Origin: Eledone cirrhosa
Lineage: Eukaryota
Reading direction: 5' to 3'
Assembly (NCBI GenBank): GCA_964016885.1
Contig: OZ024743.1
Span: 266,600,001-266,664,000, forward strand
DNA: 64,000 bases
Made by a program: the position numbers and the translations under genes. Under the pieces are notes generated by a model. That model was not told the DNA's origin. It saw nothing but the letters and a program-made list of their open reading frames with translations, and did not search any database. This document shows positions 28,561 to 42,254 of this stretch, piece by piece (the first letter of the stretch is position 1; every line of letters begins with the position of its first letter).

Positions 28561-29390
28561 GAGGTTGTAACACATGGCATTAGTATTTATAGATAGATTG
28601 GAGAATCAAGTGAATGAAAACAATAACATCAATAATAAAAAATAATAATAAAGATGTAAAAAAATAAGTACAAAATAGCGTTGCTGATAATAGTAGTAGT
28701 TGTGGTGGTAGTTGGAGTTATAATGGGGAGTAAGTGGATGTTTAAAATAGTGATGACAGTAAAGATAACAATAACATGAAAAGAAATACGAAATATAATA
28801 TGTAGTGCATAGAGTTTATAAATTGGCGAAATGAAAATGCAAGAGGTACAATAAAATATCAGAGGCTTAAAATGAAAAATAAAAAGTAGAAAGTAAGAAA
28901 TAAATAAATAAAGAACAGGAGACAGAGATTAAGAATAAGGATTCGAGGATGAAACATAAAGGGTAGGTCAAGGAGGGGGAAGCAGTAGATAGATAGATAG
29001 ATAGAGAATAAGCAGCCACGAAGTTTTCTAATTTGAAACCACAACCGGCATGATTCGATCCAGCAATCTCGGAATTCAGGCAAAACCACCAGGATTTTAA
29101 TGTACTAGCTTCGTACCACTCCACTGTTATTAGCTGTCAACCGACCAACAGATCATTAAATCAACATCATGTATCTGCCAGCCTTTCTTTCACTCTCTCT
29201 CTCTCTACAGGTGCAACACCTCCATTAAGATAAAACAACCAGGCTACTAGACCATTAACACCCATATATCATCACTGCCCTTTCTCTTTTTATTGAATTA
29301 AAATAGAAACAATTATTGATGTTATTGTTTTCATTCACTTGATTCTCCGATGTATCTATAAATACTAATGCCATGTGTTACACCCCCCCC

Positions 29391-29502
29391 CAGTATTCCG
29401 ATGATTGATCAGAGACACACTGTATTTAAGGTCGAGTGACACAATTTCGAGTGATGAGCGGCCTTTAGACTCACCTGATCAATGAAACAATTGTTAATAC
29501 TG
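29391..29502 (+). ncRNA. Hammerhead with long stem II (U4>C)
   Basis: cagtatt-CCGATGA-ttgatcag...ctgatcaa-t-GAAA-caattg-TT-aatactg. Confidence 0.7.
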
Positions 29503-29554
29503 TAAATAAAACCCTTTTTGTACAGCCGACCATGTTATTCTTCAATCTTTCACT

Positions 29555-29624
<70 letters not shown>

Positions 29625-29625
<1 letters not shown>

Positions 29626-31166
29626 AATGGGAAGAAAAATGCGATTATTAGGAAGAAAGAGAGATTTTTTTCTTTCATATTTTCTCTTTTTTTCCGGGTT
29701 AGAAAATGTTTAAAACAAAATATTTTACTTTGTGTGAAGTGTTAAGGAATTACTTAATTTATTTATTAATTAACAATAGCATTTATTTATTTATTTATTT
29801 ATTTATATATTTAATAATTGTCTATTACCGGTTTAAACATGTTATGCATTATCAAAGGGGGGAATTTGTATTGGTATAAAATGTAGGAGAGAAGATAATG
29901 TGATGTTGAACATGTTAAAGAAATGGGAAAGAAAGAATAATATTATTTACAAACAAGGATTTTGAAGTAAAAAGAAAAAAGAAAAAAGGGGTGATGTGGA
30001 ACATAATAAGGTAATGGGAAAGAAAGAATAATATTATTTACAGGCATAGTTCTTGAGGATAAGTAGTTCAAAAAGTGTTATTATGGCAAGAGCGCTTGGT
30101 TGATCCATAATGGAGGCAAATGGTAGTCTGGGGTTGGATATCTTTTCACTTTTTAGAGAGTTAATATGCAGGGGGAGGTAATTCAGGATGGTCGGGTAGG
30201 GGAGAGAGATGAGAGGGGTAATTCATTTATATAAGAAAAGGGATAAGTAGGGTGAAAGGGAGTTAACTCTTTACAGAAAGTAGGAATTTGGGGCTTTGGT
30301 TCATTGTTCGTTCCAGTTTTAGTTTAGTCCGAAGTTTAGTCCATTAAGTAGAGGTTGGAATTTGTTAATGAAGTATGTTTCCTTATTGGTACGATGGAAG
30401 AAAGAAACGTTGTTTATGAATTTGTAAATGGGGAACATTTTAAAGTTTGGTAGTTGGTTAGGTGCACAATTGGCGATATGTTCACTAAAAGCAATCTTTC
30501 TGTATTCCTGTATTTTTATTTGTGATCTATGGACGGTCATACGTTGATGGAGGCTGTTTTTTGTCTGTCCTATGTAGTGCTCACGACAACCTGATCAGGT
30601 GAAAACATAGATTAGGTTTTCAGATGCACATGTAAAGTTGTATTTAACTGTGAAATGTTGTCTTTATTTAAAGTGGAATGTTGAACCTTCTATTAGATTT
30701 ATGCATATACCACAGTTGGTCCTTCCGAAGTTTTTTACTGTAGGGTTCATTGTGAGGGTTGGTTGGATTTTGGCTTGTGTGAGGATGTTTTTTTATGGAT
30801 TTAGGTTGTCTTTTGCTCTTTATGATGTTATGTGTTTGGAGGATTTTGTTCATTCTTGGGTCTCTTTTTAGTAAAGGAATGTTCTGAAGGATGGTGTCGA
30901 ATGCCTCATTGTTGAGGGGGTTGTGTGTGGAGATGTATGGTAGAGTTTTCTGTTTCGGTTCATTCCTGGGTTTGGGCTGTCTGAGTTCCTGGATATTGAG
31001 TTTTAGGGCACATTGGAATCCATTGTTGATTAGGGATGGTGGGTAGTTTCTGCTGATAAGTGTGTTCTTTAATTCTTCTAGTTGTGTGTAGCATGTGTAT
31101 TTATCTGAAATTATTGTGCAGATCCTTCTGGGTAGGTTATAAGGAATAGCGATTTTGGTATGGTGA

Positions 31167-31168
<2 letters not shown>
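29625..31168 (-). mobile_element. 5'-truncated, decayed PLE, lineage C (Neptune-like)
   Basis: PHHTKIAIPYNLPRRI, SRNYP, CASENLIYVFT*SGCREHYIGQT..HRSQI..E.YFINKFQPLLN; 3' UTR limit approximate. Confidence 0.88.
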
Positions 31169-31238
<70 letters not shown>

Positions 31239-31261
31239 GTGTGTGGGGGGATGGGGGGTAT

Positions 31262-32640
31262 GGGCCATAAAGTTGAATTAGGAATTAATAGAAAAATTGT
31301 CAATTTCCTCGACATAGCCCTAAACCTTACTTTTGGCCTCTATTACCCATACCATAAATTAAACGAAAACCTTCGTTTCCTTAGCTACTACACCAGCCAA
31401 ACAAGGGTTGTAACGAAGGCTATAGTTAATAGGACTGCTCAGGGAATTTCTAAGATTTCTGCAGATAGTGACATCTTCAATACCAAGGCTAATTACTTCA
31501 ATGACGCTCTAGATAGGCCTGGATAGAAGAATTGGTTAGAATACATAGGAGCTATAGTGTCAACAAAACTTCCATATAGAAACATAAACAATATCATAGA
31601 ATAACCACCAGCATATACACTCCAACTGAGAATACATCCAGGTAGACCACGTAAAAATAGTAGGGATAGCCTCAAACTAGAAAGCTGCACCTATAGTAAA
31701 ACAAAAAAGCACGCGATTAACCGAGGACCCAGAAACAGATAAACATGCTCATAGACACAAACACTCGACTGCCACAAGTTACAACGGGAAACTAAACACC
31801 CACTCCACATTCCAGAACACAATTTAAGGAAAGCTCCACTATGTAAAACTCAATAAAACTAGGCCACTACGAAACATAAACCGCTCGCGTTCTGTCCTAT
31901 GGTATAACACACCTCACTTCTCGGGGCTAAAAACATTTCTTCCATATTGTAGATAAATGTTTCACCAAATTTAATAGGAACATAGCTAATCTATCATACA
32001 CTACCTCTAAGAAATTAGCCCAATATATAGCCAGGATTAAGAATAAAAATTTGAAGATAAAACATAGAACAAACGCAGGTGCAACAATACTTGCCTCCGA
32101 ATATTACGTAAAAAAAACTGATGGACACATAATAATAGACAAAATAGACACAACTCCATTAACCTGCAACATATAGTCAACCATACATATAGACATAGAC
32201 ATAAAACAACACACGATAACAACATTAACTGTAACTGTAGTATTCCAGCTAACTGCCATATGGAGAATAAATGCCCCCACAGGAATATAGTATATGAGTT
32301 TAGGGTTTCCACTATGGACGCAACATATAAGTACATCGTCGCAATAACGACCAGTTTTAAGGGTAAATGGTACAACCATTACCACTCCTTTAACCGGAAC
32401 GATAAGAAACAAAGCCCGGCAATCTCCGAGTTTATATGGAGGCTTAAGCAGGATTGAATACAATAAGTTGTCTTGGTCTACGCACTCAACATCACCACCG
32501 CATGCAGGTAGATATTTTTGTGTGGTTGCGATCTTTGTACCACTGAAACTCTACATATTATTAATAGTAGACCCCAAGGTAATAAACAAACGTTTGAAGT
32601 TCTACTTATAGGCATAAGATATTTAAAACTTTCCTTAAAA
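31262..32640 (+). pseudogene. 5'-truncated, decayed PLE, lineage A
   Basis: VNFLDIALNL..YPYHKLN; NKCPHRNIVYE..YI..FKGKWYNHYHSF..ISEFIWRLK; CDLC. Confidence 0.85.
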
Positions 32641-33111
32641 TATATAGTCAGCTTGGTCTTCAGACATTAACCTGCACCCCACATTTTTACCTAATTATTT
32701 AATTTCGATACCTTCTGGTGCGTCATCGTATAGATATACCTGCCTTCTTTTATTTACAACTGCTCAGCCCTTCAGTCTATATTGGAGAGATATGCTACCT
32801 CTCTCATAATACACCAATTAGTCAAACTTTCTGCACCTCGAATCATTAGTCACCTGACTCAGTAGATGCCAAAAACTATATACTCACTCTGTGGGGAATA
32901 TCGGGACCGTAGGATACCTACAGCTAATACATCTTCAATATAAGATTGCGCGATGCATGATCTACATTGCTTGAGATAACCGTCACATATGAATGTCTCA
33001 GATAATAATATACACAAGTATACACATATATTACTTTTATATATCTGTATATTCTGTATATATATATCTGTATATATATATATATATATATATACATATA
33101 TATAGCGAGAG

Positions 33112-33149
<38 letters not shown>

Positions 33150-33304
33150 ATATACACGGGTGTGTATGATTGTGTATAGAAGATTATATTAATAAGAGGA
33201 ATTCCAACTTTATCTGATTTACTCGTTTTATTTACAATCCTTTAAAATTTAAAATGGTATTAGAATGAAATAGTATGGTAGAATATTAAATGTTAAGTGT
33301 TAAT

Positions 33305-33343
33305 TGAACAAGTACTTTCATGCTTTCGCAATCTTCAGGTTCA
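33305..33343 (-). ncRNA. Minimal hammerhead, same as 22410
   Basis: Reverse complement of 33417-33455. Confidence 0.88.
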
Positions 33344-33416
33344 TATTTTGTGGTGCCAGTCAAGTTTGCAATTTTCAACAGTTGAAAATTGCAAACTTGA
33401 CTGTCACCACAAAATA

Positions 33417-33455
33417 TGAACCTGAAGATTGCGAAAGCATGAAAGTACTTGTTCA
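33417..33455 (+). ncRNA. Minimal hammerhead, same as 22410
   Basis: tgaac-CTGAAGA-ttgcgaaagcat-GAAA-gtac-TT-gttca. Confidence 0.88.
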
Positions 33456-33572
33456 ATTAACACTTAACATTTAATATTCTACCATACTATTTCATTCTAA
33501 TACCATTATAAATTTTAAAGGATTGTAAATAAAACAAGTAAATCAGACAAAGTTGGAATTCCTTTTATTAAC

Positions 33573-33902
<330 letters not shown>

Positions 33903-34079
33903 ATATATGTATATATATATGTATATACATGACCACTAACACTAAGTCAAATTTCCTCATGCTACTTGATTGGGAACCGATCAATTCTCAAATACACAAC
34001 CAAAAGCTCAGACGACGTCAGTGGCCATCGTTTTGCCTTTGACCATCTATAAGATGTGCAATGATAGGTTCTATCGTAG

Positions 34080-34540
34080 TATAAAAGTTGAACCAAATAA
34101 ATTGATTTGTGTAAGGTGGAGCCGAAGTTTCGAATTTGAACGAAATCGGTTGAAATATGTGGGAGCTAGTGTCGAAAAGGCGGAAATTTGATCGAAAAGG
34201 TGGTATTTTCGAATATTTAAGCGGCTGCCACGCCGTTCCTGAACAAAATATCCAAAATGTAAAGCCACTTTAAGACGTGAAATAATCAGATCTAGCGTAG
34301 TGTAAAATTTGAACAAAGTAGGTTGGTTAATGTGGGAGTTAGAGCCGAAAAACTGGAAATTTGAGTTTAACAGTTGTGTTTTTGAATATTTAAGCGGCTG
34401 CAACGCCGTCCCTGAACAATAAATGCAAAATATAAAGCCATTACAGTATGTGCAATGATACATTCTATTTTGCTTTAAAATTAGAACGAAATCGGTGACA
34501 AAATGTGAGAGTTAGAGCCAAAAATCTTATTTTTCGATAC
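34080..34540. repeat. Diverged tandem repeat, 173-bp period, ~2.5 copies
   Basis: aatttgaacgaaatcggt..atgtgggag motif at 34133, 34306 and 34479. Confidence 0.75.
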
Positions 34541-35044
34541 CTGCAGAATGACCCCGGAATAAAAAAAATGATACGCTGATATATAGAAAACACTCCCCGA
34601 TGAGTAATTCCAAAAATACATTCCAGAGCACACATAAGCCCAATATTAATCATCTAATGTAATACATATCATAGGGTATAAAAGCAATCAGAATACAAAA
34701 ACACAACTTATATTACTTATACCTAAATTAAACCTATGTAGCTGTTGTCAGAGAGAAAAGTTCACGAATTACCATGGTTAATAAACATTGTAGAATTAAT
34801 GGACTGGAAAGTCTAGATTCTCCTCAGTAGGAAGTTACCGCAAAACAGTCACTCATGAACTGAATGTACACTTATTTCAGCTTGGTTACTTCATCTGGAA
34901 CACACATTTTAAAATTTCAAACACACGCAGAGCTTCGATGAATCATATGGTTTATGTACATTCTCTACGCTCTATCGTTCAGTAGTTTAGTGTAGCTTCC
35001 TAAAATTGACGAAAAGAAGTTCCAGTCACCCGTATGCCTAATAA

Positions 35045-35222
35045 CAACTGTTTCCATATTTGGCACAAGTCCATCAATTATTCCAGTGCATTACTGGTAC
35101 TATATTTTATCGACCCCATAATGATGAAATGCAGGATTTGAACTCAGACCGCAAAAGGACGTAATTCTATGCTGCAAAGCATGGCGTCCGACCCTCTACA
35201 GATACTGCAAATCCATCGACCT
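35045..35222 (-). mobile_element. tRNA-derived SINE, diverged copy
   Basis: Reverse complement aligns with 48287-48476. Confidence 0.85.
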
Positions 35223-35327
35223 AGCGTAATAACAACGCCGTGGTACGGAATGAAGAGGTAGGGGATTAGATTTCTCGTAGAAGCTTCTGTCCATTTTTCC
35301 GTCTTCAATGTCTTCAAACATTATTTA

Positions 35328-35515
35328 GGTTGATTGGCTGTATCAGTAGAGGGCCAGGCGCCATGCTTTGACGCATAGAGTTACGGCCCTTGTCATTCTG
35401 AGTTCAAATCCCGCCGAGGTTAACTTTGCCTTTCATCCTTATGGAGTCGATAAAATAAAGTACCAGTAATACACTGGGTAATTGCTGGCCTTGTGCCAAA
35501 AGTAGAAACAATTAT
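35328..35515 (+). mobile_element. tRNA-derived SINE
   Basis: B-box GAGTTCAAATCC; central ctttgcctttcatcct..gtcgataaaataaagtaccag. Confidence 0.9.
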
Positions 35516-35739
35516 TTATACTACTCAAATATTGTTACAGTGATTTTCTGCATCCTTTCAAAATTCACACACTCCCAGCAATTCGATAATAGATGATATA
35601 TCGACAGTCAATCGCACCAATCGGACCGAGAAAACAATGTTTCCGTTGGTCTTTTCAGGTATAAACTGTCTTGCTCAAGAACATAACGCATCATCTGGTC
35701 CAGGAATCGAACTCACAACCAAACGATTGCAAATCCACT

Positions 35740-38365
35740 TATCGTACCACTAACCTGAACATTTCTACAAAGAACATACCCGTACCTAGCAGGAAGTTAT
35801 ACCTAAAACTTCTGATACAGAAAACAGACTCGTTCATTAAAAGGTTGCGTTGGCGTGCCTTTTATTTCGATAACCAGGAAAACGCGGACAATAAACAGGA
35901 TAAATTTGGGTTTAAAACTTATAATAACCCTCCGAGAAACCCAGCATTGCTACCCTTCGAAAATGATGTATTGGAACTCATACGGAGTATCAAATTTTGG
36001 AATAGGAGCAATTCCTTCCAGCAGGACCTGAAGAATAGAATTCGTTCTATTAAGGATACTAATGCCGTGCACGCCCACTCCGTCAAAACTGGCAATCTAT
36101 ATCAAGTGGAGCGCAGTACTTACCATCAACTGCTACATAATGCCGTAACTAAGGATTACCGGAAAACCAATCGGAATGTCATTAATGACATCAATGATGC
36201 TGGGTTTAATATCACTTCTGAACTCAACATCCAGGACCGGACTGAACCTCTGGACCCTATTTCTCCCCACTTTACACTTATGGATCACAAACTCAATTTC
36301 GCCAACAACCCCACTATTCGGCAAATTAACCGCACGAGGTTTGATTTAGGTAGACTTAGTAAAAGGATTTTAGATAGAATTATACCTAAAATTAGAAGCT
36401 TGTCCCCTCTTACACTGTGGAACAATTCTTTCGTGGTGATTGATTGGTTCAATGGCATATGCAACAAGGAATATTGCCGTTTTATCCAATTCGAAATCAA
36501 TAACTACTACTCCTCCATCACTTTACCTTTCTTCTTAGAGCTATCAATTTCGCTAAAACGATCACGGTGATTAAGGAATTCGAAGTTGATGTCATCCTCA
36601 ATGCCCCTAAATCGGTGATTAATTTCGACGAGTCTATTTGGATAAAAAAATCTAATAGTACCCCATTCGACGTGAGCATGGGCGCCAGCGATTCGGCGGA
36701 GGTTACAGATCTTATCGGCCTTTTCCTTCTTTTCTCTATCAAGGAAGAATTCCCCAATGTGGGCGGTGGCTTGTTCTGCGATGACGGTCTTTTGACCATG
36801 ACAAAGCGCCGTCCACGCGCTTGCGACAGGTTCAGAAAAGAACTCACAACCTTCTTTAAAGGCTTCAACCTCTCCATACAGGTTGAGGCTAACCTCTCGG
36901 TCGTTAATTACCTCGACATTACACTCAATGTGTCGAATGGCTTGCATTACTCGTATAGAAAGCCGAATGATACGCTTAATTACATAAGTAAGCATGCTAC
37001 CCATCCAGCGAGCATAACCAAGAACCTGGTAAGTAACGTTTCTTTGCGGCTTTCCCGTCTATCTACAAACGAGCATATTTTCACCGACCATTCCACATTT
37101 TACAATGAAGCTCTTGCTCGGAGCGGATTTGTCGATAAGGTAGCATATACTAAGTATGAGCATAGACCAAGGAAAAATAGATCCCGACGCATTATATGGT
37201 ATAACCCACCATATAATATGGAGGTGGCCACACCATTAGCTAAGATCTTTCTCTCCCTTATTAAGAAGCATTTTCCCTCAGCACATAAATATAATAAAAT
37301 CTTTTATAGAAATACCATTAACATATCTTACCCTACGACTCCTAACATTGCACATAACATCACTGCTTCGAATTTAGCTAAATTACCTACCTGTAGGAAC
37401 ATGTGCAACCTTGTAGCTAGTACTAACTATAATTATAGGAATCGGGCTGACTGCCCCCTATCCGGGAAATGCCTCTCCAGTAACACTCTCTACAAATGTA
37501 AGGTCGAAACACTCACGTCCCGTAGGGCCTACGTTGGGTTAACCGCCAATAGATTGAAGCAGCGTCTTTACATGCACATCCATTCTTTAATAACCCTTTA
37601 AGAAGTCATATGACGTCACTTTTGGCTTATATCTGGAGTCGAAAAGACAACCACACCCAATATAGGTTACACTGAGAGATCCTAGCTAAGACTAGATCGT
37701 ATAACGGAAATAAAAGACCTTGTGATCTTTGCGCCGCTGAAGCCCAGGAAATACACTACGCCAATGACCACATCCTAAACAACAAATCTGAGGCAATTTC
37801 GGCTTGTAAACACAAATTGCATAAAACCTTCCTGTATTACAGCCCCACATTATACCCAAACGGATAGTACGAACAATACGCGGATAATTTACGTCTTGAT
37901 GTGGGAGCTAAGTATATTTTATACCATTACTTATTTGTATAAGTAAGTATACCTTACCCGTATGTTTTGTGAAGGTACGTATGCTTTCTCGTACGTTTAT
38001 ATGCTTGTATTTGTTATAGGTGCATATATTATATTATATATACTGATATATGTGTATATGGTTATGTGTATATGTGTATATGTTTATTAGCCTACGACTT
38101 CATTTACACCTTAAACGTGGTTTTCGTCTTTGCGTGTATTTTTTCTCATCGCTCCACATAATGACGTTTTATCTCCGCATTTTCCCGTTCATTGCCAGGG
38201 AACGTCTTCACGAACCAAAGTATCGTCTTGCTGTTTTCAATCGGTTGCATCGTTTTTCGAAATATTTAATTCTGCGTTCAGAGATTGATTATTTTAGTTT
38301 CAGAAGATCTCTTTAAGGGTGAAAGCAGCGATTCTTTGCTTAAACTTTAATCTGTTATTTTAATA
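35740..38365 (+). mobile_element. Near full-length PLE, lineage A (Naiad-like, tentative), frameshifted
   Basis: STKNIPVPS..FIKRLRWRAF, KTGNLY, MGASDSAEVTD, FCDD, VNYLDITL, WYNPPY, CPLSGKC..YVGLT, CDLC..LNNKSE..CKH; coding ends ~37867, then 3' UTR. Confidence 0.93.
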
Positions 38366-38480
38366 TATATATATAAACAAATAGTAAATAGGAAAAAATA
38401 CAGTAGAAAATGCTGGAGGGATTCTTTCAGTATAATATCAAAATATTAATTTATAATGTGGGGATTTCCGCATCTAAGCG

Positions 38481-38516
38481 CCGTACCGGTTTCAGCATTA
38501 TATGCCTTTTCAACGA
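38481..38516 (-). ncRNA. Degenerate minimal hammerhead
   Basis: Minus strand: tcg-TTGAAAA-ggcat/ata/atgct-GAAA-ccgg-TA-cgg; two core mismatches. Confidence 0.45.
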
Positions 38517-39369
38517 AGGAAGTGTTAAGTGTAATTAAATTGCATATTTATACGAATAATAATAAAATGGAGAAGAAAAATTATTAGTTTTTACATGCAT
38601 ATTTAGAGAGGAATGTTCATGTTTCTGACCGAGGCTCTCTCCCGGTTTCGATCCCATTGTGTGGAATCATACGCAGGTATTATTTAACTTAGCCTGGGGT
38701 TTACCTATGTCTTGTGAGAGATATTAAGTAGAGGAGAATCTGTTTTGAAACCAGTTTGATGGACTTTACCTATAAATCGAAGAGCAGCTTTGTCACATAT
38801 TGTGTCATGCTGAATGTCTCGGAGTATTATGTCATGGTTATACAGGTCAGTGTAATACTCAGTTACTTACCCGTTTATTTGATGAGCAGCCTCTTCTGTT
38901 GATCGAAAATCTGGAATACTCATCGTTGAAACCGACGAAGATTCATTGATAAAAGACATAAACAGCTTCACTTGCGTTAACTACGTTACTCAAATGGTAA
39001 GAGTAGACAATAGACTTCAGAACATAGTGTTGTGCATAAGAGATGTTTCATGATATCCTATTTACAGTACAACCAAGAGAATATAACTGAATTAACCTGC
39101 TGGACACTGTTGCTAGTTTTCCGTGTGAAACTGCTGAGAAACGCAATACTTATCGGACTAAATGATGTCTCAGATACATTAAATTGAAGAACTGATATTT
39201 CATTACATATATTTAAGTTGATAGTGATAATGGTTATGATAAATGACCATCGTTATGAATATTGCTATGATACAGCGCTCTCACACTGTTGCTGTAAATG
39301 TGCAACCTATAACAACCTATAACAGTAGCTGTACAATACTTTTGCCTCAGTATCTCGTAGTAAGTAAGA

Positions 39370-39410
39370 GTCTACTGACGAAGTAATGCTTTTGAAATAA
39401 ATATATAGAC
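39370..39410 (+). ncRNA. Minimal hammerhead, weak stem II
   Basis: gtcta-CTGACGA-agtaatgctttt-GAAA-taaata-TA-tagac. Confidence 0.6.
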
Positions 39411-39742
39411 GATCATACACGAAAACTGAGTTTCATATGTGATTTTATTCTGAACTCCATGTTAGTGCTATCGCTGCTTAATACTAATCCAGCAAAATAT
39501 AAACGAAAAGATCGAAAGAGTGGCGACCCAGTTAGCGATAACATCAATAGGACTGACAGCCTCCATATTTTGCTGTGACCCAGTAAGTATTGCTTACCTA
39601 AATCTATTCTGTTCATAACATCCACTGATGCCAGCTATTGTCTTACGTCAATAATGACGTAAGCCGGCCAGAGAAATATGTATTGTGTATTATGTAACAA
39701 TAACGGTAGCTACTGGAATCCAGCCATCTCAGATTTTCATTG

Positions 39743-39780
<38 letters not shown>

Positions 39781-40571
39781 GGGTAGAAAACTGGAAGGTA
39801 ATATCCGTAGTGGTAGAGCACTCAGACCATGGGACGAGTTAGGTAGAAGTGGTAACACAACAGTTAGTTCACCATACCCAGAACAATTGTTTCACCTTAG
39901 CGGATCCTCAGTTCGTACTGACCAGTACGAGCTATATATATATATATATATATAAGAAAATATCTATATGCGTGTGTAATTTATACACGCATACATTTAT
40001 ATTTTTTTTATTTTCAATTGAGTTCTTAACACGTTGGATTGATAATGTTTTCGAAAAAACTAATTAACCCGCGTGTATATTATTTTTTCCTCCTTTCATG
40101 GATCGTAGTTGTCTCCCCTTCCAGCTTCGTGTCGCTATGATACTTCCTCAGTCAAAAACTGGTGGAATTCAAATTTCGCGGTCATTCGATGCGAAAAGGA
40201 GCAACTTAAGAGACACGATTTTTGACTGCGGTAAGAATTTCTTTCTTATATCAAAGTTTAATGGGCTTCCACTGATGATTTATAAGGCCCACCTAAATGT
40301 ATTCTTACATGAATATATATTAGGCTTCTTCATAAACTGGAAATATTCTCCCAACTTGTAGAAAACTTATAATGAAACAATTGTTTGGAAAGAGAGATAT
40401 ACTTTAACTTTAATTATATCTCATAAAATAATACAACTGGTTTTTCCACATTATACATATTGTTAGCACCCCAAACACTTAAATTGGGTTTATATTTAAA
40501 TATAACCTAATGTTTGTTGAGTGAGATGGTTACCAGTCAGAGTTTAGCTTTAAACTATCTCTGTTATTGTA

Positions 40572-40660
<89 letters not shown>

Positions 40661-40714
40661 TAAACAAATAATGAATAAAACAATGAAACAGTTCCTTATA
40701 TTAAACAAAAAAAG

Positions 40715-40869
40715 TTCATTATTTAACGATCGTTTCTAGGATATATATGTGTTAGAATTGGCATGCATATTCAACAGATCTATGTACAAAATTATACAAA
40801 ATTATACAAACTATCAAGATTAAATATACATACCAAACACACATATATGCCGTCTTCAGAAATAATGAA
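40715..40869 (-). ncRNA. Hammerhead with 116-nt stem II region
   Basis: Reverse complement of 47610-47764. Confidence 0.8.
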
Positions 40870-41471
40870 ATATATTTATTGATAATAACTACAATTCAAA
40901 ATTTCAGGTCCGTTTGGGAACGGAGTTCAAATTGACCAATGAAAATACAAAAATTTTTTATGCAGTTTGGTGTGTGTATATACATGTAACTAACCTCGTA
41001 CACATATTTATACAAAGATATATGCTCAACATGCATACGCATGCCAAAAAGATGTATGCAAATACAAAAATTCAAGGCTAATGTCTCTGTAAGTTTATAA
41101 TCCACAGATAAAATGCGTATAGACACATAAATATGAAATAAGTGTATACACATATTCACATACTCACACATATCCGTACACTCACACACACACGCGCGTA
41201 TATGCATAAACATACACATAATTACGAACATACACACACCCCCACACACATATATATGTGGATATAATATTATCATAAGCACATGGATATTAAAGCACGC
41301 ACATATACACTGCCACACACATTTAGATCCAGATACAGAAATTAGGTGGGAGGGGGGGAGAGGTCAGTATTCAACGGTTTCGGCAGACTGCTTATTTATA
41401 GATGTATCTATAAACTTATGAATAAAAAGAAAAGAAAAGAAAAAGAAAAAAGAAAAAAGAAATATATCAAG

Positions 41472-41514
<43 letters not shown>

Positions 41515-41983
41515 ACACATACAACACACACACACACACATATATAAACATATACATACATACATACATACATATACACACATACATATATATACATATA
41601 CACACATATATACACATATATACACACACACATATATACACACACATATATACACATACACGCACATATACATACACATACATACTTATATACATACAGA
41701 CATACACATACATACATATATATACACACATCAACATACAGACATACATACATACATACACACATACACACATACATACACACACATACATACTCATACA
41801 TAGACATAGATATATATTCACACACACATACGCACTTACATATACGCATATATACAAATACTTACGCATCCATATATCCGTATATACATACAAACACCAC
41901 TACAGTCTCACACAACTCAGACATACAAAGAAAAAGGTATATACATATACATATACACATACAAATAGAGATACATATACATA

Positions 41984-42017
<34 letters not shown>

Positions 42018-42219
42018 CACATATATATACATATATATATATATACACATACATACATGCACACACACATACACATACATACATACACACATACACACAT
42101 ACATATATAGTCACACACACAAACACACCTACACATACATACACATACACATATATAAAGATATATATACACACACATACACACACACATATATAATAAA
42201 CATATATATATATATACAC

Positions 42220-42254
<35 letters not shown>

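Larger units (their letters stand above)
28405..29547. mobile_element. Inverted pLTR-like pair (~230-bp arms, 28405-28636 and 29312-29547)
   Basis: Diverged inverted arms, each with a TATA box, an HHR-like fold and AATAAA. Confidence 0.85.
33188..33571. repeat. Fold-back palindrome, ~190-bp arms, centre 33380, of the pLTR seen at 22372-22570
   Basis: Arms mirror around ttttcaac-a-gttgaaaa with few mismatches. Confidence 0.95.

Noticed and set aside
30595-30597. In-frame TGA at the first Cys of the GIY-YIG CxxC (VFT*SGC); possible selenocysteine, as reported for some Naiad PLEs
   Set aside because: The same frame has a TAA about 23 codons upstream plus a frameshift, and I saw no SECIS; a one-base nonsense change in a dead copy is simpler.
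35671-35740. First ~22 codons of ORF 35671-36570 as PLE N-terminus
   Set aside because: Looks like an antisense tRNA-SINE fragment (gtcttgctcaagaacataac..ggaatcgaactcac) fused in frame by chance.
38625-38940. Possible old CORE-type SINE (other SINE-like fragments at 11362-11425, 12280-12390, 63190-63280)
   Set aside because: Too diverged or short to delimit without a database search.
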